DNA of 64,000 nucleotides. Source: Trichoplax adhaerens (lineage: Eukaryota; Animalia; Placozoa). This document shows, in pieces, positions 14,247 to 28,200 of the stretch. Both the position numbers and the translations under genes were made by a program. How positions within the stretch are numbered: position 1 is the first letter of the stretch; each line of letters opens with the position of its first letter. Below the pieces are notes generated by a model that made no database searches, was not told the DNA's origin, and saw only the letters and a list, made by a program, of their open reading frames with translations. Location of the stretch: positions 1,238,280-1,302,279 of the forward strand of contig NW_002060956.1 in NCBI RefSeq assembly GCF_000150275.1, given 5' to 3'.

Positions 14247-17200
14247 TTGGATATTTCTGATTATTTTGTTAGAATCATTACAGTATTTGAATTTCTGTTT
14301 ACATGCCTTACAACGCTCAAAGCAAACGTCTGGTAATCGTCAATTCAATGCAAAATGATAGGGACACGATTTTGCTCTATACATTTACTTGTCTAGATAC
14401 TAGTCTGTTAGTATATGCCGTGCGTTAAAGCGTTGGCAGACTTTGTTTTTAAAGCAATTAGCATAGTTACAGGCTTAAAATCCTTTAGTGTCATTTGTAC
14501 TATCACATCGAAAATCTATGTAGTTTATGCTTCATTCTGTAGATCTTTAATTGTAATTAATATTCTCTCTTAGAATTGTTACTAATTCATTGGCTATATC
14601 TAGCTAGCTACTGTAATTATCCTTCTAGAAAGGAGGAGTTTATTTGAATAGACATTATAACTGGCCATAGTTAAATATTCGATACTGAAGTAAGACTCAA
14701 GGATATCGCTACCAAATTGATTGATCACGCCTAGACTACAATCTGAACATTTACAGTTATAGACTTTCCAGAGTGATTAATCAGCAGTCAGTTATTGTAA
14801 CAACGAGTACATATAACTACCGCACAATTGTCGAATTTATTAATAACTAACTAGCTTGGCCCTGCATGCCTCACCGCAGATAACATACTAGATATAGACT
14901 TTTGATTTTTACTTGATAGATGAGAAACATCTAACACAAATGTAAAACCTTTTTGGTGTCACTTTTAGATTCTCTCTTAAAATTTATTCAAAAGATAGCA
15001 TGATATAACTTTAACCAACAATTGAACATTAAAAGGATTAGCATCGATATTTTCTATCACCCATTAAACGGAACTATTAATAAAAGGGCTGGTATGCGTA
15101 CTTGAAAATGTAGGTAGTCATTTTATAAAACCTTTTAGAAATCAACTGTACAAAAATTGCTTTAACAGAAATAACTCTTTTTATATTAATGATAATTAAC
15201 TACCTGTACTGCATAACATAGATTTCTGAAAGCCAATGAATGTCTAGAGCTAGAGCAGATTGACTAAACGTTTGCTAAACACGATGACGACAATAGGCTT
15301 AAAGCGTCTAGTTTTTAGCAAAAGTAGATCAAAAATGCATATGTAGTGATCATTAATTTGTAGATTATACTATCGCTATTCAAAATTTAATGTGCAGCTC
15401 TAGCTGATAGCAAATTTAATGGGCTATCTATTGCGAGGTTGATAATTATAGGCTACAGCAGTAATTGCCTACCTACAATCGTTTAAAATCCAAGGAAAGA
15501 AATTATCCTTTCTATGAGTAACTACTTGATAGGTTACGGGATAGCCTTCTTGGTAGTAAGTCTAATAACCAACCTATTCCAAAGACTGTCAAGATAAGTC
15601 GAAAGCAGTCACTACATATAATTTTTAAAAAGGCAGGCAAAAATGTTATTCTTACAATCATTATTCATTAGTATTAACCAATAAGCCTATCCAATAAATA
15701 ACTATATTCGATTACTTAATCTTATGTATACTATAGAATTCATAGCTTATTTTTATTAGAATCATTTACAGTAATATATTTATGGAATAGTAAGTAATCT
15801 ATTCAAAATTTTGCTACATCACCAGCTAGAATAGCGCTTTCCTGGTATAATTTACTCCAATTGATGTAAGAATGATTAGCTCTATTAGTTCTTTGATGTT
15901 CGTAACATCATCGTTATGATACTGTATAGTAAATCTTCCATTTCTACTAATAAAGTTAAGAAATTAACAGGGATTATTTGCTCTAGACGCCATCAGAGCT
16001 TTTTGATTATTCTTATCCGATTCATTTTGTAATTAATTATAGGGTAAACTTGGGTAGATCTATTACATCATATAAAGAATGTTTGTGAATGCTTGTCTTC
16101 TGTTAATATAAACTGTAATTTGATTTATAATATTATTTTTCGGAGAATTCTTAAAATTCATAGCATTATTACTCATATGTGTGTAGAGTACTTTTTGGAT
16201 ACATTTATTTCACCTATTTTTTACTTGGTGTTTTACCCAGAGGATTATTCAGACGAGGTATCAGCCCAGTAGTAATTGCTATTATCTATATACTAGGCAT
16301 TTAATTTATGTTAGTTACTATACTTTCAGTATCTTAAATGTATACATATAAATTTATGTATTTCTTACGAAGTTTGAAAGTGATTTCAAATTAAAAGTAC
16401 TAATGGTTAGTTGATGCAAATAACATGATATAGGTAAATAGTATTCAATTTATTATAACAATCACTCGAAAGGAAAGCACGAATTTAGTAAATGCGTTTA
16501 AACATCCAATTCTCTGTGTATCTTGTAGTTCTTATTTTGTATACTGAAGTATTACTATAATGGAAACGAGTTTAGATTCAGATAAACCTAAATTAAATAT
16601 GCAATAAACACTACAACTGCAATGCAATTATAACAATTGTTAAATTTCTTTCTATTCACTGCTTATTTAGAATATTCTTACAACAACCACCACTGTACCA
16701 GGTATTTAAGGCAGAAAGAAATTATAACCATTTCCTGTCATATACTATAACATAATGACCATGATTGATGTTTCCATAGCTACATGTTATTTGATAATTT
16801 TGAAATAATATTCCAAGTAAATACATATTACAACCTTCATGAGTGTATAACCTGGCGTAATTTACAGTTTTAAACATACTTCGTATCTTCGTTGCTCCTC
16901 TATTCCTTAATACTTTTTATTTAATCTGCAATAAGAAAAATGCGATATTTTAGCATAAGTATCTACTTATGTATCCGCATTATTGCAATTAAATAGATGT
17001 TATTTATATTTATGCACTACTGAAGCAGGTGTGTAATAGTGGCAAAACTTTATCAAGGTCGTACATTATTCGAAGGTAGAATAACAATCCATTAATACTA
17101 CTTATCATTATAGTATATTTAAATCAAGACTAAATAGCTGATCTACAATTTTCCGCAATCCCTACGGTGCCGAAAGAATTGATGAGTAAAGCACTAAATA

Positions 17201-17579
17201 TTTTTTCAATGGGGTCAAGACACTATTTAGTCCGCTAATTGCTTGCAAATAGTGGTAATTTACTTTATAAGATTATTGAATAAGTTGATCCTTGTGCAAA
17301 ATCTTTTGTGGAGTATCGCCTACCCAATCGTAAATACATGTATTTACTATTCAATTTCATGCTTATCGAATAGTATATCGATATTATTAGTTATTCAATT
17401 ACATAATGCTACATATGGTTTCATATGGTTGCATTCTGTACCTTATTTATCCATCATGATAATTACATAATCGAATTTTAAAATAAGAATTCTCAGATTA
17501 CTGTTAGGGTACAGGAAAGATATCTATCTTCGAACATAAGAATACGATTTAATTTGATATCAGAGTTAAAACCACGCAC

Positions 17580-18030
17580 ATAAGTTATTTCTTAATATCA
17601 TGGTATGATAAACTTTCCATTCAGCGCGTACTTATTATTACCTCCTTCATCATAACATCATAGTTATTCTAATTACATTTAATATTATCAATTATAATTA
17701 CGTCTATCGTAAAATATGTAATAAAATTATACTCTTTATTATAGATTAGAATCAGTCAGCCAACCGTTGATTCATCATTTTTGTGGTTATGTATGGTAAT
17801 ATGATGCCTGAGTTTAAATGCTCACAGAAGTTATTATCTTAATATCCTAATATAAACTTTTCATTCAACGGATGATTATTGCTACTTCTGTCATCATAGC
17901 ATGACAGTTATTGTAACTGCAATTAACGTAATCAATAGTGTTAATCACCTCCATCAAAAAATATTCTCTTTACCGTATATTAGAATCAGTCGGTCAACTG
18001 TTGATTGTCTACATGGTTAAAATATCCTGT
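17580..18030. repeat. Degenerate tandem duplication, ~240 bp x2
   Basis: agttatt..cttaatatc..ataaacttt.cattca at ~17582 and ~17829; tagaatcagtc at ~17747 and ~17981. Confidence 0.7.
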
Positions 18031-21000
18031 TTATTTAATGTAGAATTACGGTTGAATACTGCTTGTATCATCAAATTGTTGGTTTCTTCTGCTGCAGAAT
18101 TAATGCAATCCGCTGTGTTGTGCAATAATGTTTTTTCGATGACATTGTTGACGTACTGTAGCATAAGATAAAAGGAGCTTTTTCGGTGAATACTTTTATG
18201 ATTTAAATTCGGCTCCTTATTTACAATATTTGATGATATCGGTGTACGTGAGTGTTTGCGAGTGCAATTAAACATATTGTTTAACTGCTTATTTAATTCC
18301 AAATTGTAGGCTATAGATTATAACGTATACACAAGATGCCATCAGATTATACCGTGGCATAGGAAGAGACTATAATTAACGTTAATAATCTGGTGCTACG
18401 TTTCTTGCTATAACGTATAATAGTACACCTGTTGATTCTAAGTTTTATTGCAAATTATAGGCTGCAAACTGTACGCAAAATACCATCGGATTATATTGTA
18501 TAATTTACGCGTATACCATGATATAAAAAGAGACTAAATATAGCTAATGTTAGCAAGTTGATAATGTAAGCTTGCTATTCTCTTCCAATTCTCGTAAGCT
18601 ATGTGTAATTTTATACGTATGATCAATATCATTCAATATTTTTTCTTAAAAATCTAAAGCTTAGAGATTGATATATTGACAAAGAGCTAAATCTCAATGG
18701 ATGAGGTAATAGCAGTGAGTATCTGACTGTCGTGAACACGATACTTTCAGAGGAAGATATCACCTTGCATTCATATAGAAAAGATATAATCAACTATTGA
18801 TGCTATTAGTGAAGGCAAATACCTAAATTAGTCATTGCCGGAGATTTGCAATCATTGGTTGATGAGAAATTAGTTGAACAATCTTTAAGGATTATACCGT
18901 AGAGTAGTAAACAGCCTTAATAATCTTTCAAGCAAATTAATCAACAGCACCCTGCTGCTTGTTACCTAGTTCAATCTTATTTTCGAAAACCTCAAATATT
19001 GAGCTATTAATGCCATTAATAAAGACTAAATACCTATTTCTGGTTTGCAAAATTAACAATAAATAAATACTAACTGTAGAAAAGGGTTTTCTATAAATAT
19101 AGTCATAGCTTAAGCTAATTTGAGCGGCCATACATACCGATGACTACCTTAATAGTATCCTGGCACTTATTATTCTAATTCTGTGTTGTAACCCTAAATT
19201 TCGGACATACAATCACTAATTCTGATATGCCTTGAGATCAAATGCAATTTACAGAAGGCTCTCGATTAGTATCTGAGGAATATTCGTGAGTATAGAAGAT
19301 TTTGAGATAGCTCCTATTCTCGATAGGCTCAATTAGCAGAAACAATAGTACTGTAACTATTCAGCTGAAATATTAATCTAGACTTTAGATTCTAGGTTGG
19401 ATTTGCTGATATGCTTAAGACTAACCTAACTCTAAATTCGCCAGTTATATGGTAGATCGGTATTATTCTTAGCTATAATATAAATAAGAAGAACCCATTG
19501 CTTCGTATCTATCAAGATAAAGCATGGAGAAAGACTTTAAAGGCTATTATCGATTTCTTTTACATACTCAAAATTACTCTAGCTCTAAATTTGCTGACCA
19601 GGTTGTGAGATTCTTCACGATAATATAACACATACTGTCAGCATTAATAGAATCATTAACGAATAATTGTTTATGATAATATCATTAATTTTTAAACCAC
19701 TCCCATTAGTTTGTTTACTTATGATATTAAGTATTTTTTGATTGAATGTGAGCAGTAAAACTAATTTAAGCTATTGCCGCTGAATATTAATGGTCGGTAA
19801 TATATTTGAAGTTCTCGATAAGAATGACTAAACATAATCTTTAGTCGAAACTAAGGGTCGGTATGGTAATCAAAGTCTCTCTTAACATCTGTACTACTTG
19901 GTCAACAAAGTAAATTTAAATTTAGTATACAGATAAATAGAGACAAATAAATAAGATATGATTACGTGATCCATAAGGTCTAATCAAATATTCTATAGAT
20001 CAAACTGGTTTAGTCGTGTTTATATGTTCGATTATGAAGCCTATCATTATTTTTTCTAAATAATATCAGAAATATAAGAAAAACGGTCTATTGCCGCTAT
20101 GGATTTCTTGCAAAGTAACGGCTCATGTCCTTCCATACTTTAGGAAAGAATCTCTAGCAAGTTTTGAAGCATATATATTACAGCAAATGATAAGACTTCG
20201 CTCATAAGTGAATTATTTTTTCCTTTATAATATTTTTAGCTTCATTTCCTTCATAGTTCGCAATAAAACTAATTCCCTGTAGCTGGTTTCTATTAAAAGA
20301 CACGAAATAAATTTTCACCTGTAGCTGAGTTTTTTATCCATTGCGCTATTTCGATAACCCTAAATCATGATTAAAAACCTACATTTATACAGCATAGAAA
20401 AAATGGTCGAGAGAATTAATGCATAAAGTTGTATGTATACAACATCATGTATCATGATGAAGGTTATTGACTGGAAACTACATCGTGGTACATATGCATT
20501 CTGCAAATATTAATATGAAATAATGTTTGTGATGATGAATGCAAAGAAATTACAACTTGCTTATAATTTTATAGTATGCTTATATTTATTTAATTTTTAT
20601 AAAACAGGAACGTGCTGACTGCAGTCTGTTGACTTGCTCCTAATAGTAATGCATCTTAATAGAATATTTCGATCTCATTGCTGGTAGAGCAAAGTTTTCT
20701 ATTGTATGCTAAAGTACTCGGTCTATCATTAGTATTGTCTCTTAAGTAATTTTAATCCATTAATAAAAGATATATTACTCAATTGCTTGAACGATGTAAG
20801 ACTCCAATCCAACAATAAACGTGTTTCATCATGGTAACAGATTATGTTGACATTGAATTGTTATCCCTATATCACTCATGTCCGGAAATTAATCCATAAC
20901 GGTCATAATATGAATGTTCTACAATAAAATAGCAGACACTATTGAAAAAGTCTGCATGCGAATAACATTGTTCAGAATTCTTAACTATAGATATCTTATG

Positions 21001-21069
21001 ATATGTACACTGTACAGTATGCAATGTCAGGAATCGCAATATTTCCGAAAATTGTTGTGCCTTAAATAT

Positions 21070-21830
21070 CGACATGACCTAAGGCTCGTATATCCTTATC
21101 TAGACTATATTTTAACCATCACGAACGATAGTCAGAATACAGTGCAAGAATTTGCATAATTAGATTATTTCTGCCTGTTAATGGCTAGATAATAATCATC
21201 TTTAAGATATATGGATGCATACAACTTTTCAAACCAGATCAGTTCATCATTAATTATTTCAAGAAGAAATTGAAATCAGACTCGTCGTCGAATATCCATA
21301 GTATGATATCATTGCAGAAATAAACATGAACGACAGTTAATTGACGTAAAGCCATGGATGATCCTCTTATTAAACTACCTCTAATAACTTATTTCATGGG
21401 ATTAAATACCGGAAATTCTTGCGTAGATAATAATTCTAATGATCGACGTGACCTTAGGTGTATGCACGCGTATAACCTAATCTGGGCCATATTTCAACCA
21501 TCGCAAATAGTAGTCAGAATTATAGCACAAGAATTTGTACAATCATGTTATTGCAGCTTGTTAATGGCAATATGGTAATTGTTTTTAAGATGAGTGAATG
21601 TGCAAAACAGCTCAAATCAGATCATTTCATTATTGACTGTTTCCGTAGGGCTATAGGTTCAGAATGGACGTAAAGAAATTGAAATTAGATTCGTCGTCAA
21701 ATATCTGTAGCGTGATATTGATACAGAAATGAATATGAAGGACATTTACATAAAACAAGGTCACGGATTATCCTCTTATTAAATTACCTTCAATCACTTA
21801 TTTTATACCATTAAATACCAGAAATTTTTG
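21070..21830. repeat. Degenerate tandem duplication, ~390-410 bp x2
   Basis: tagtcagaat..caagaatttg at ~21130 and ~21511; aagaaattgaaat.aga.tcgtcgtc at ~21264 and ~21673. Confidence 0.75.
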
Positions 21831-22769
21831 ACTTGGAAAACAGTTATAAAGGGTTAATAGAATAGCAGAATAGTAATTTACACTTCTTTTTATCGTAGTT
21901 TGGTCATAAATAGGCGTCAATTACCAACTGGATCATGATGTGCAATTGTCCTATTAGCTTTTCCTGTAGAAACTCAAGAGAAATAGGCATGAATGATAGC
22001 TCAGCTCAATTATTAATTAATCGCAGAATATCACTGTATAATTAATCCTCTAAGCAACATTGGATTGGAATGCAAAATATAGATATTATAAAGACTTGAA
22101 GCAACCTTATTAACTAATTTAATTAGAATGGGTGTGCATATCATACTGAAACAGTTTAAGGCATGTTTCAAAAGTATTTATTACCTATATTCTGAAGGCC
22201 AATTTCTCAGTCTATTTTGTGAGGATTGTACGTCATTATTTTAGTACATTACTTTATTTCGTATCTTATAGAAATAGATGTATGGAATATGAATATAGAG
22301 ACAGTAAAGGCTTGAAATATACTTATTAAGTCATAGAATTAGTATCAGGTTAAAGATATATTAAAAAACAACCTTGTGGCTTCTTTCTGCGATCTTAATC
22401 GAACTGTATCTGATCTCCATTTTTAAGATCAATTTACACTTAGTCTATTTTATACGGATTATATGTCATCATTTCGAGATATCACCGTATATCATATCCT
22501 CTAAGGAATGTCGATCTAGAAATAAAATAGAGACAGACTAAGGGCTTGGAATAAACTTATTCAGTAATTGAGTTAGTAAGAAAGTATTTGGTTCTAAAAA
22601 GCATTTTAATCCTAGCTGTTAAATGATCTTCATTCTTATTAAAGTACATTTGGATACACTCAGCCTTCTTTACTCATTCAGAATGTATCTCATCATTTGG
22701 CCATTATTAAGAATCGTTTTGTTATTTCTCGTGAATATTATTTCTCATTATGTGCTTTTGATTGACCTT

Positions 22770-23245
22770 GGACAGTAACTTACCGATAGCCTAAAAGTGT
22801 ATACCTATTAAACTATAAGATGCTTCTTTATTATTAGCATTTTCTTAACCTCATTATGCAACGTTCCATAACCTATACTAGTCATAAATTATTGGAAGAT
22901 GATTGTTCTCATCGGGTTATTTCGATAGACCTTACACAGTAGCTTGTCAACAACATAAAAGTAATTCCTATTACAGTATAAAATACTTCTTCGCTATTAT
23001 CAACATTTTCTCAAGCTCATGATACAAGTTATATAACCTAGATTAGTAATAAATTATAAATATTGGAAGATTAATGTGTGTTGTCATCAGTTGTGTACGA
23101 TGCATCTGCTATGCAGTAGTTTGTCAATAATATAAATGTATAATCCTATTTAACTATAAAATACTTCTATATGATCAGCATTTTCTTATAATGCAATATT
23201 CCATAAGCTGATCTAGTAATAAATCATTGGAAGACGATTGTTTAC
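22770..23245. repeat. Degenerate tandem repeat, ~165-175 bp x3
   Basis: attggaaga at ~22891, 23062 and 23226; cagta.(c/t)tt start motif at ~22773, 22937 and 23114. Confidence 0.75.
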
Positions 23246-24269
23246 AATCAATGGATGACTATACTATCACCTATCTGATGATAGTAAATTAGAAGCATTC
23301 AGCAACCCATACTTTCATAAGATCTTTAATTGGAATTTCACCAGACTCTTTCAATCATCTCTATCGATAGTATAAATCCAAATTGGCTAACACCAGAGCA
23401 TACTAATTCAACGATTTCCTTCTCTGATGATGACGTAGTTGTACTAATTAATCCTCAATATAGAAAGGCTAAGAATGGATTAGACAATGATGACAATAAT
23501 CGGCTTAACCTATGGCGTCTATGCCTGACTACGGTATACAATCGTAATGATATACAGAGTCGGGAAAGAATTCTATACATTGCTAATTGCAATAATATAT
23601 AGTTAGAGCAAATAGGGGAAAAACTGCGGCCAACATCAATAGAGAGTGCTCAGATTGGTCTTATTATGACGGCTAGAGGAAAAGACAAAAGTAATTATGC
23701 ATATCCATCCTTACATTATCATGTAAAAGCCTTCTAAATATGCAAGACTACCGATAAGGACAAGGTAGATAGACTACAATTCAACTGAATCACAAGAGGA
23801 ATAATAACTTTATCTACTCTACTGGGGTTAGTATTCTAAACATTAGTCAGCGAAACGATAAAAGAGACGGAGAAAAAAAAGTTATAGTCCTGCCATTAAT
23901 TTTATCGATTGAACTTGGATTTCTCAACTAGATCGATTAGTGTCGCTAATTAAAATGATTGCTCATCAGTATTAATAACTGCCAAGATAATCTACTTTGC
24001 AATATCACCGGTCTAAATTTACTATTCAATCGAATAAATCATCAGCAACTTATTGTCTTCATAACTGTAAGTAAACTTTTTCATCACTTCTACATGTATT
24101 CGTCGACGATTTTACTTGTAGGATATCAATCATTCTCTTGTATTACTGATTACGATCTATTCTTATTCGACTTTTTCCAAATTTCTCCAAATATTCAATC
24201 ATGACTAAGCCAGCTAAATCATTTATAACGATCGTTCTTTTATGCCCAATAAACTTTATTTTTCCTATA

Positions 24270-24960
24270 GGCTAGCAAGCTATTCTGTTCTATATCATCG
24301 TCGATTCCATTCGATCATCGACAAGAGTCAATTTTTCTTGTAAGTTCTACTCAGGTAGCTACAATTCTCCCGTCCAATATCATTAACTTACGTGTTCATC
24401 GATCGAGCTTTCAATTTCTATTTGATACCATCGAGAGCTATCGGCTTTCTTCCCTAAAGCATTGACTATATTCCAGTTTTCTTATTCAATATCATTCAAT
24501 CAACTAGGTTAACTTAACTTGACGAACTCCTTTTTGAATAGGTTATCAACCTATTCTCTTCAATATCATTGACTCCATTAGATAGACCATCTATTGATAG
24601 TTATTTCTCTAGCAAGTTCTACTTAAGTGGCTAGAGGTTTTTTCATCCAATATCAACTACTTACTGGTCTATCGAGCTTGGTAATTGCTATTTAGTGCCA
24701 TCAATAGTCATCGATTTCCTCTTAAGGCTATCATTATACTCAAGTTATTTTTTGTTCAATATCATCAATTCCATCATATCGTCTATAATAATCAATTTCT
24801 CTTGCAAGTTCTACTCAGGTTGCAAGAGTTATTTCGTCTAATATCATCCACATATGGGTTATCGATCTTAGTAATTTCTATCTGATACCATCGATAGCTA
24901 TCAATTTCCACTTCTCGAAAGCTTTTACTATACTCGAGTTTTCCTATCTAATATCATCTA
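24270..24960. repeat. Degenerate tandem repeat x3 upstream of SLR paralog 1
   Basis: aagttctact at ~24341, 24614 and 24806; gataccatcga-like at ~24424, 24696 and 24884. Confidence 0.7.
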
Positions 24961-25249
24961 ACCACCAGTTTTTGTTGAATTTTTGCTCTTTCTACTGAAA
25001 CTATTCACTTTTAATGTCATTGATCAATTTAGATTATCAATAATCATCCATTTCGATTATTAATTGTCATCTCATTGCTTGAATCGGTACTAATCGATGC
25101 TCGAAAGCCATCCATTTTATACCAGGTTGCACCCTGTTTTACTTCTGTCATTTTACTGAGCAATATCTACTCTATTCTATCCTCTAGACAATCTAGTGTT
25201 TATGGAAAAGAATCAAGATTGATCCCCTATCTTGTTGAATTCAGTGAAA

Positions 25250-28200
25250 ATGGATACGATGAGCACAGTTAGCAGTGCTACCATCAGTCGTAGCCAATCG
25301 GGCATACTGGATTCTCAAAGCAATCCACTCTTAGATCGCTACCTGAATAAAAATTACATAAATGATTTAATGAACAATGTTTTCCAACATTACTTATTTC
25401 TATCGGAAACTGATAGTAATTCTCATATCCATTTCCAACTTGGCTACATCTATCATCATGGCTTCGGATCGGTACCTAAAAATTTAAACAAAGCATTTTA
25501 TCATTACCAGCTGGCTTCTGATGCAAAACATCCAGCAGCACAATATATGTTGTATAAATTATATGGGAGTGATCCTGCTAAAAGCGATTGCTATGTTCGA
25601 ATTGTTAGTGAAGATGAATTGGTCGATTTAAAAGTGCGCACTTATGTTAAATCAGCAGCACAAGATAATCACTACTGTAAAGCCAATTTAACCTTATGGA
25701 AAGCCTATCGTAAATCTCAATTATGGCATGATATCATCAATCGAGCTGTTGAACGTTATAAGCAAATTTTAACCGATGTCAGTGAAGGCCGTCGAACGAT
25801 GGAAACCGATCAATTAGCTGAAACTTACAACGAAATCGGCTATCTAACGGTGCAGTTAAACTTAAATAATAGCGCTAGCATTTATCGTCGTGCTATGGAT
25901 TATTTCACTCGTGCTTGCCAATTAGGGAATGGTGCTGCCTATTTCAATGTTGGCTGTATGATGTATCATAATAGTTTCGGTGTTAAACGCGATGAATTAA
26001 AGATACAAGAATATTGCTTGAAAGCAGCAGAACGGCATCATCCTCGGGCTTTATATGTATTAGCGCGACAAAAATTAAATCCACGCATTAATTGTGAAGA
26101 TGATTGCTTACTCGCCTATAGCTATTTAAGAGATTCTTGCACCTATCGTTATTCATCGACATTATTAGAATTAGGTTATGTCTATTTAATGGGGATTGGT
26201 GGGCAAATGAAAAATTTCAATATCGCAAGGCAATTCTTTGAAGAAGCTGCAGTCGCTTTCGATTATACCGATAGTTTTGGTAATATTCGCGCATTTCATG
26301 TCTTAGGTTATATGTATGAGCAAGGATTAGGCTGTGATATCGATTATTCACGCTCTGCTTGTTATTATGCCTATGCTGCGCGCAAAAATAGCTACGAATC
26401 TTACTGTAAATTAGCCAAATTAATTGAAAAAAATCGTATACCAAGTCGCGATGTCAATGATGCAATCCAATTATATCAATTAGCCATCGATGCTAGCTAT
26501 CATGCTGTTGGTTATGCAAATTATCGTTTAGGTAAATTATATTGTCGAGAAGGGGCAGCATATTATGATGATCGATTAGCATGTAAGCATTTTGTGGAAG
26601 CTTTTCGTTATTATGATGAAGCAGTACGACAAAAGGAGCCAACAGCTGGCCAATGTTATCATATTGGAGTTATGTATCAATATGGTTATGGTGTGAAAGC
26701 CGATGGTGGTAAAGCGATCGATTTCTATCGCTTAGCCATGAATTGTGCTGGCTTAACTTATAACATCTTGGATAAATGGTATGGTAAGAAAGCCAAACGT
26801 CAATATGATCAATATTTAACGCGTCAAGATCATGCTAATCAAGAAGAAAACGGACAAGATGATCGCCACAATTCAAATTATAATTCTGATCGACCTAATC
26901 GACCGATCTTGTCCGCTTTTACTGATGCTGCGGAAATGAGGCAATCACTCAATGATTTAGATGGTTTCCGTCTTGATTCCAAAGGTCTCCAGGTGGAACA
27001 AATTGAATTATTACCCCTGCTATCTCTTTACGATCAATGTGAAAATTTATCCACTGATCCATCTGAAATACCATCCATTTTAGATGAAAAATTAACCACC
27101 GAATTTCAATCCTTAGCTGCTGATAACCTTCAAGTCAAGGATATCTTCCTGGAAGGTTATATCCAATTATTAAAAGAAGAAATTGTTAATCTTGATAATC
27201 AACAGCGTAATATTGATACTGCTATTGAAAATTTAAAAACCAACTTAACAAGTGATGAGAGAGATACCAGCCAAGAATTAGCTCGTTTAATTCAGGAATC
27301 AGAAGATTACACTAAAATTAGGAATGATAAAATGAAAAAAATCTCCAATCTACAACATGTCCAAAATTATCCTCCACTATGTACATTCTATCATAGTTGT
27401 CGATTATCCTTAATTAAAGCATTATTAATACCTTCCCTCGAGCGATTAGATACAAGTGGTGAAATCTTTTTCGATCCTACTGTTAACATGGAATTGAAAA
27501 CTATTTCAAGCCAGTTATTACTCTCCGATAATAATAGTCCATCCTTAGCTAAAAAATTAACTGCATCACCAACGCCTTCATCATCATCAGCAGCAGCAGC
27601 ATCCTCTTCTTCAACCCACCGCCATCGATTATCGCATCCCTCTCGACAAGAGCGATTAAAAATAACACGAATTGGTCTACAACGTGTGGAGAAAATTGCT
27701 GACAAAATTGCTCGAATGTTAACACTTAGTTACGAAAATCAATTATTATGTGTTACTAGTTGTGGTGCTAAATTATTAGGCCAATGTGCACTTGAATTTG
27801 TCCAATGTTATTTACCTCACCAATATGATCAATCAGAACCATTACCAGCATCTGTGGTAGAATTCGATGAATGGATCATTCATACATTTATTCAAGGTAT
27901 TACTGCCAATAATCATGAAACCGAGCAAACTTTACCCGTCAGCAATCGACGAGTACCTTGTGTTGTGATGGGGACGGAATGGACAGTTTATGGAGTCTTT
28001 AAGAAGCCAAGCTTGATGACGAGTGATGGTGATTACTTTGCCACTTCCACATCGGATCCAGCAAAGTATGGCTACCGTTATGTCAACCGTAAAGAATTGG
28101 AACAAATTAAATTGCAAACGCAAGAAATTGAGGTAACCATCACAACACCAGCATCGACAACATTATCATCATCGTCTTCTACAAGTGTTGATTTATCCTT

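Noticed and set aside
18009-18302. 97-aa minus-strand ORF
   Set aside because: Non-ATG start, no recognisable motif, and it overlaps a degenerate duplication.
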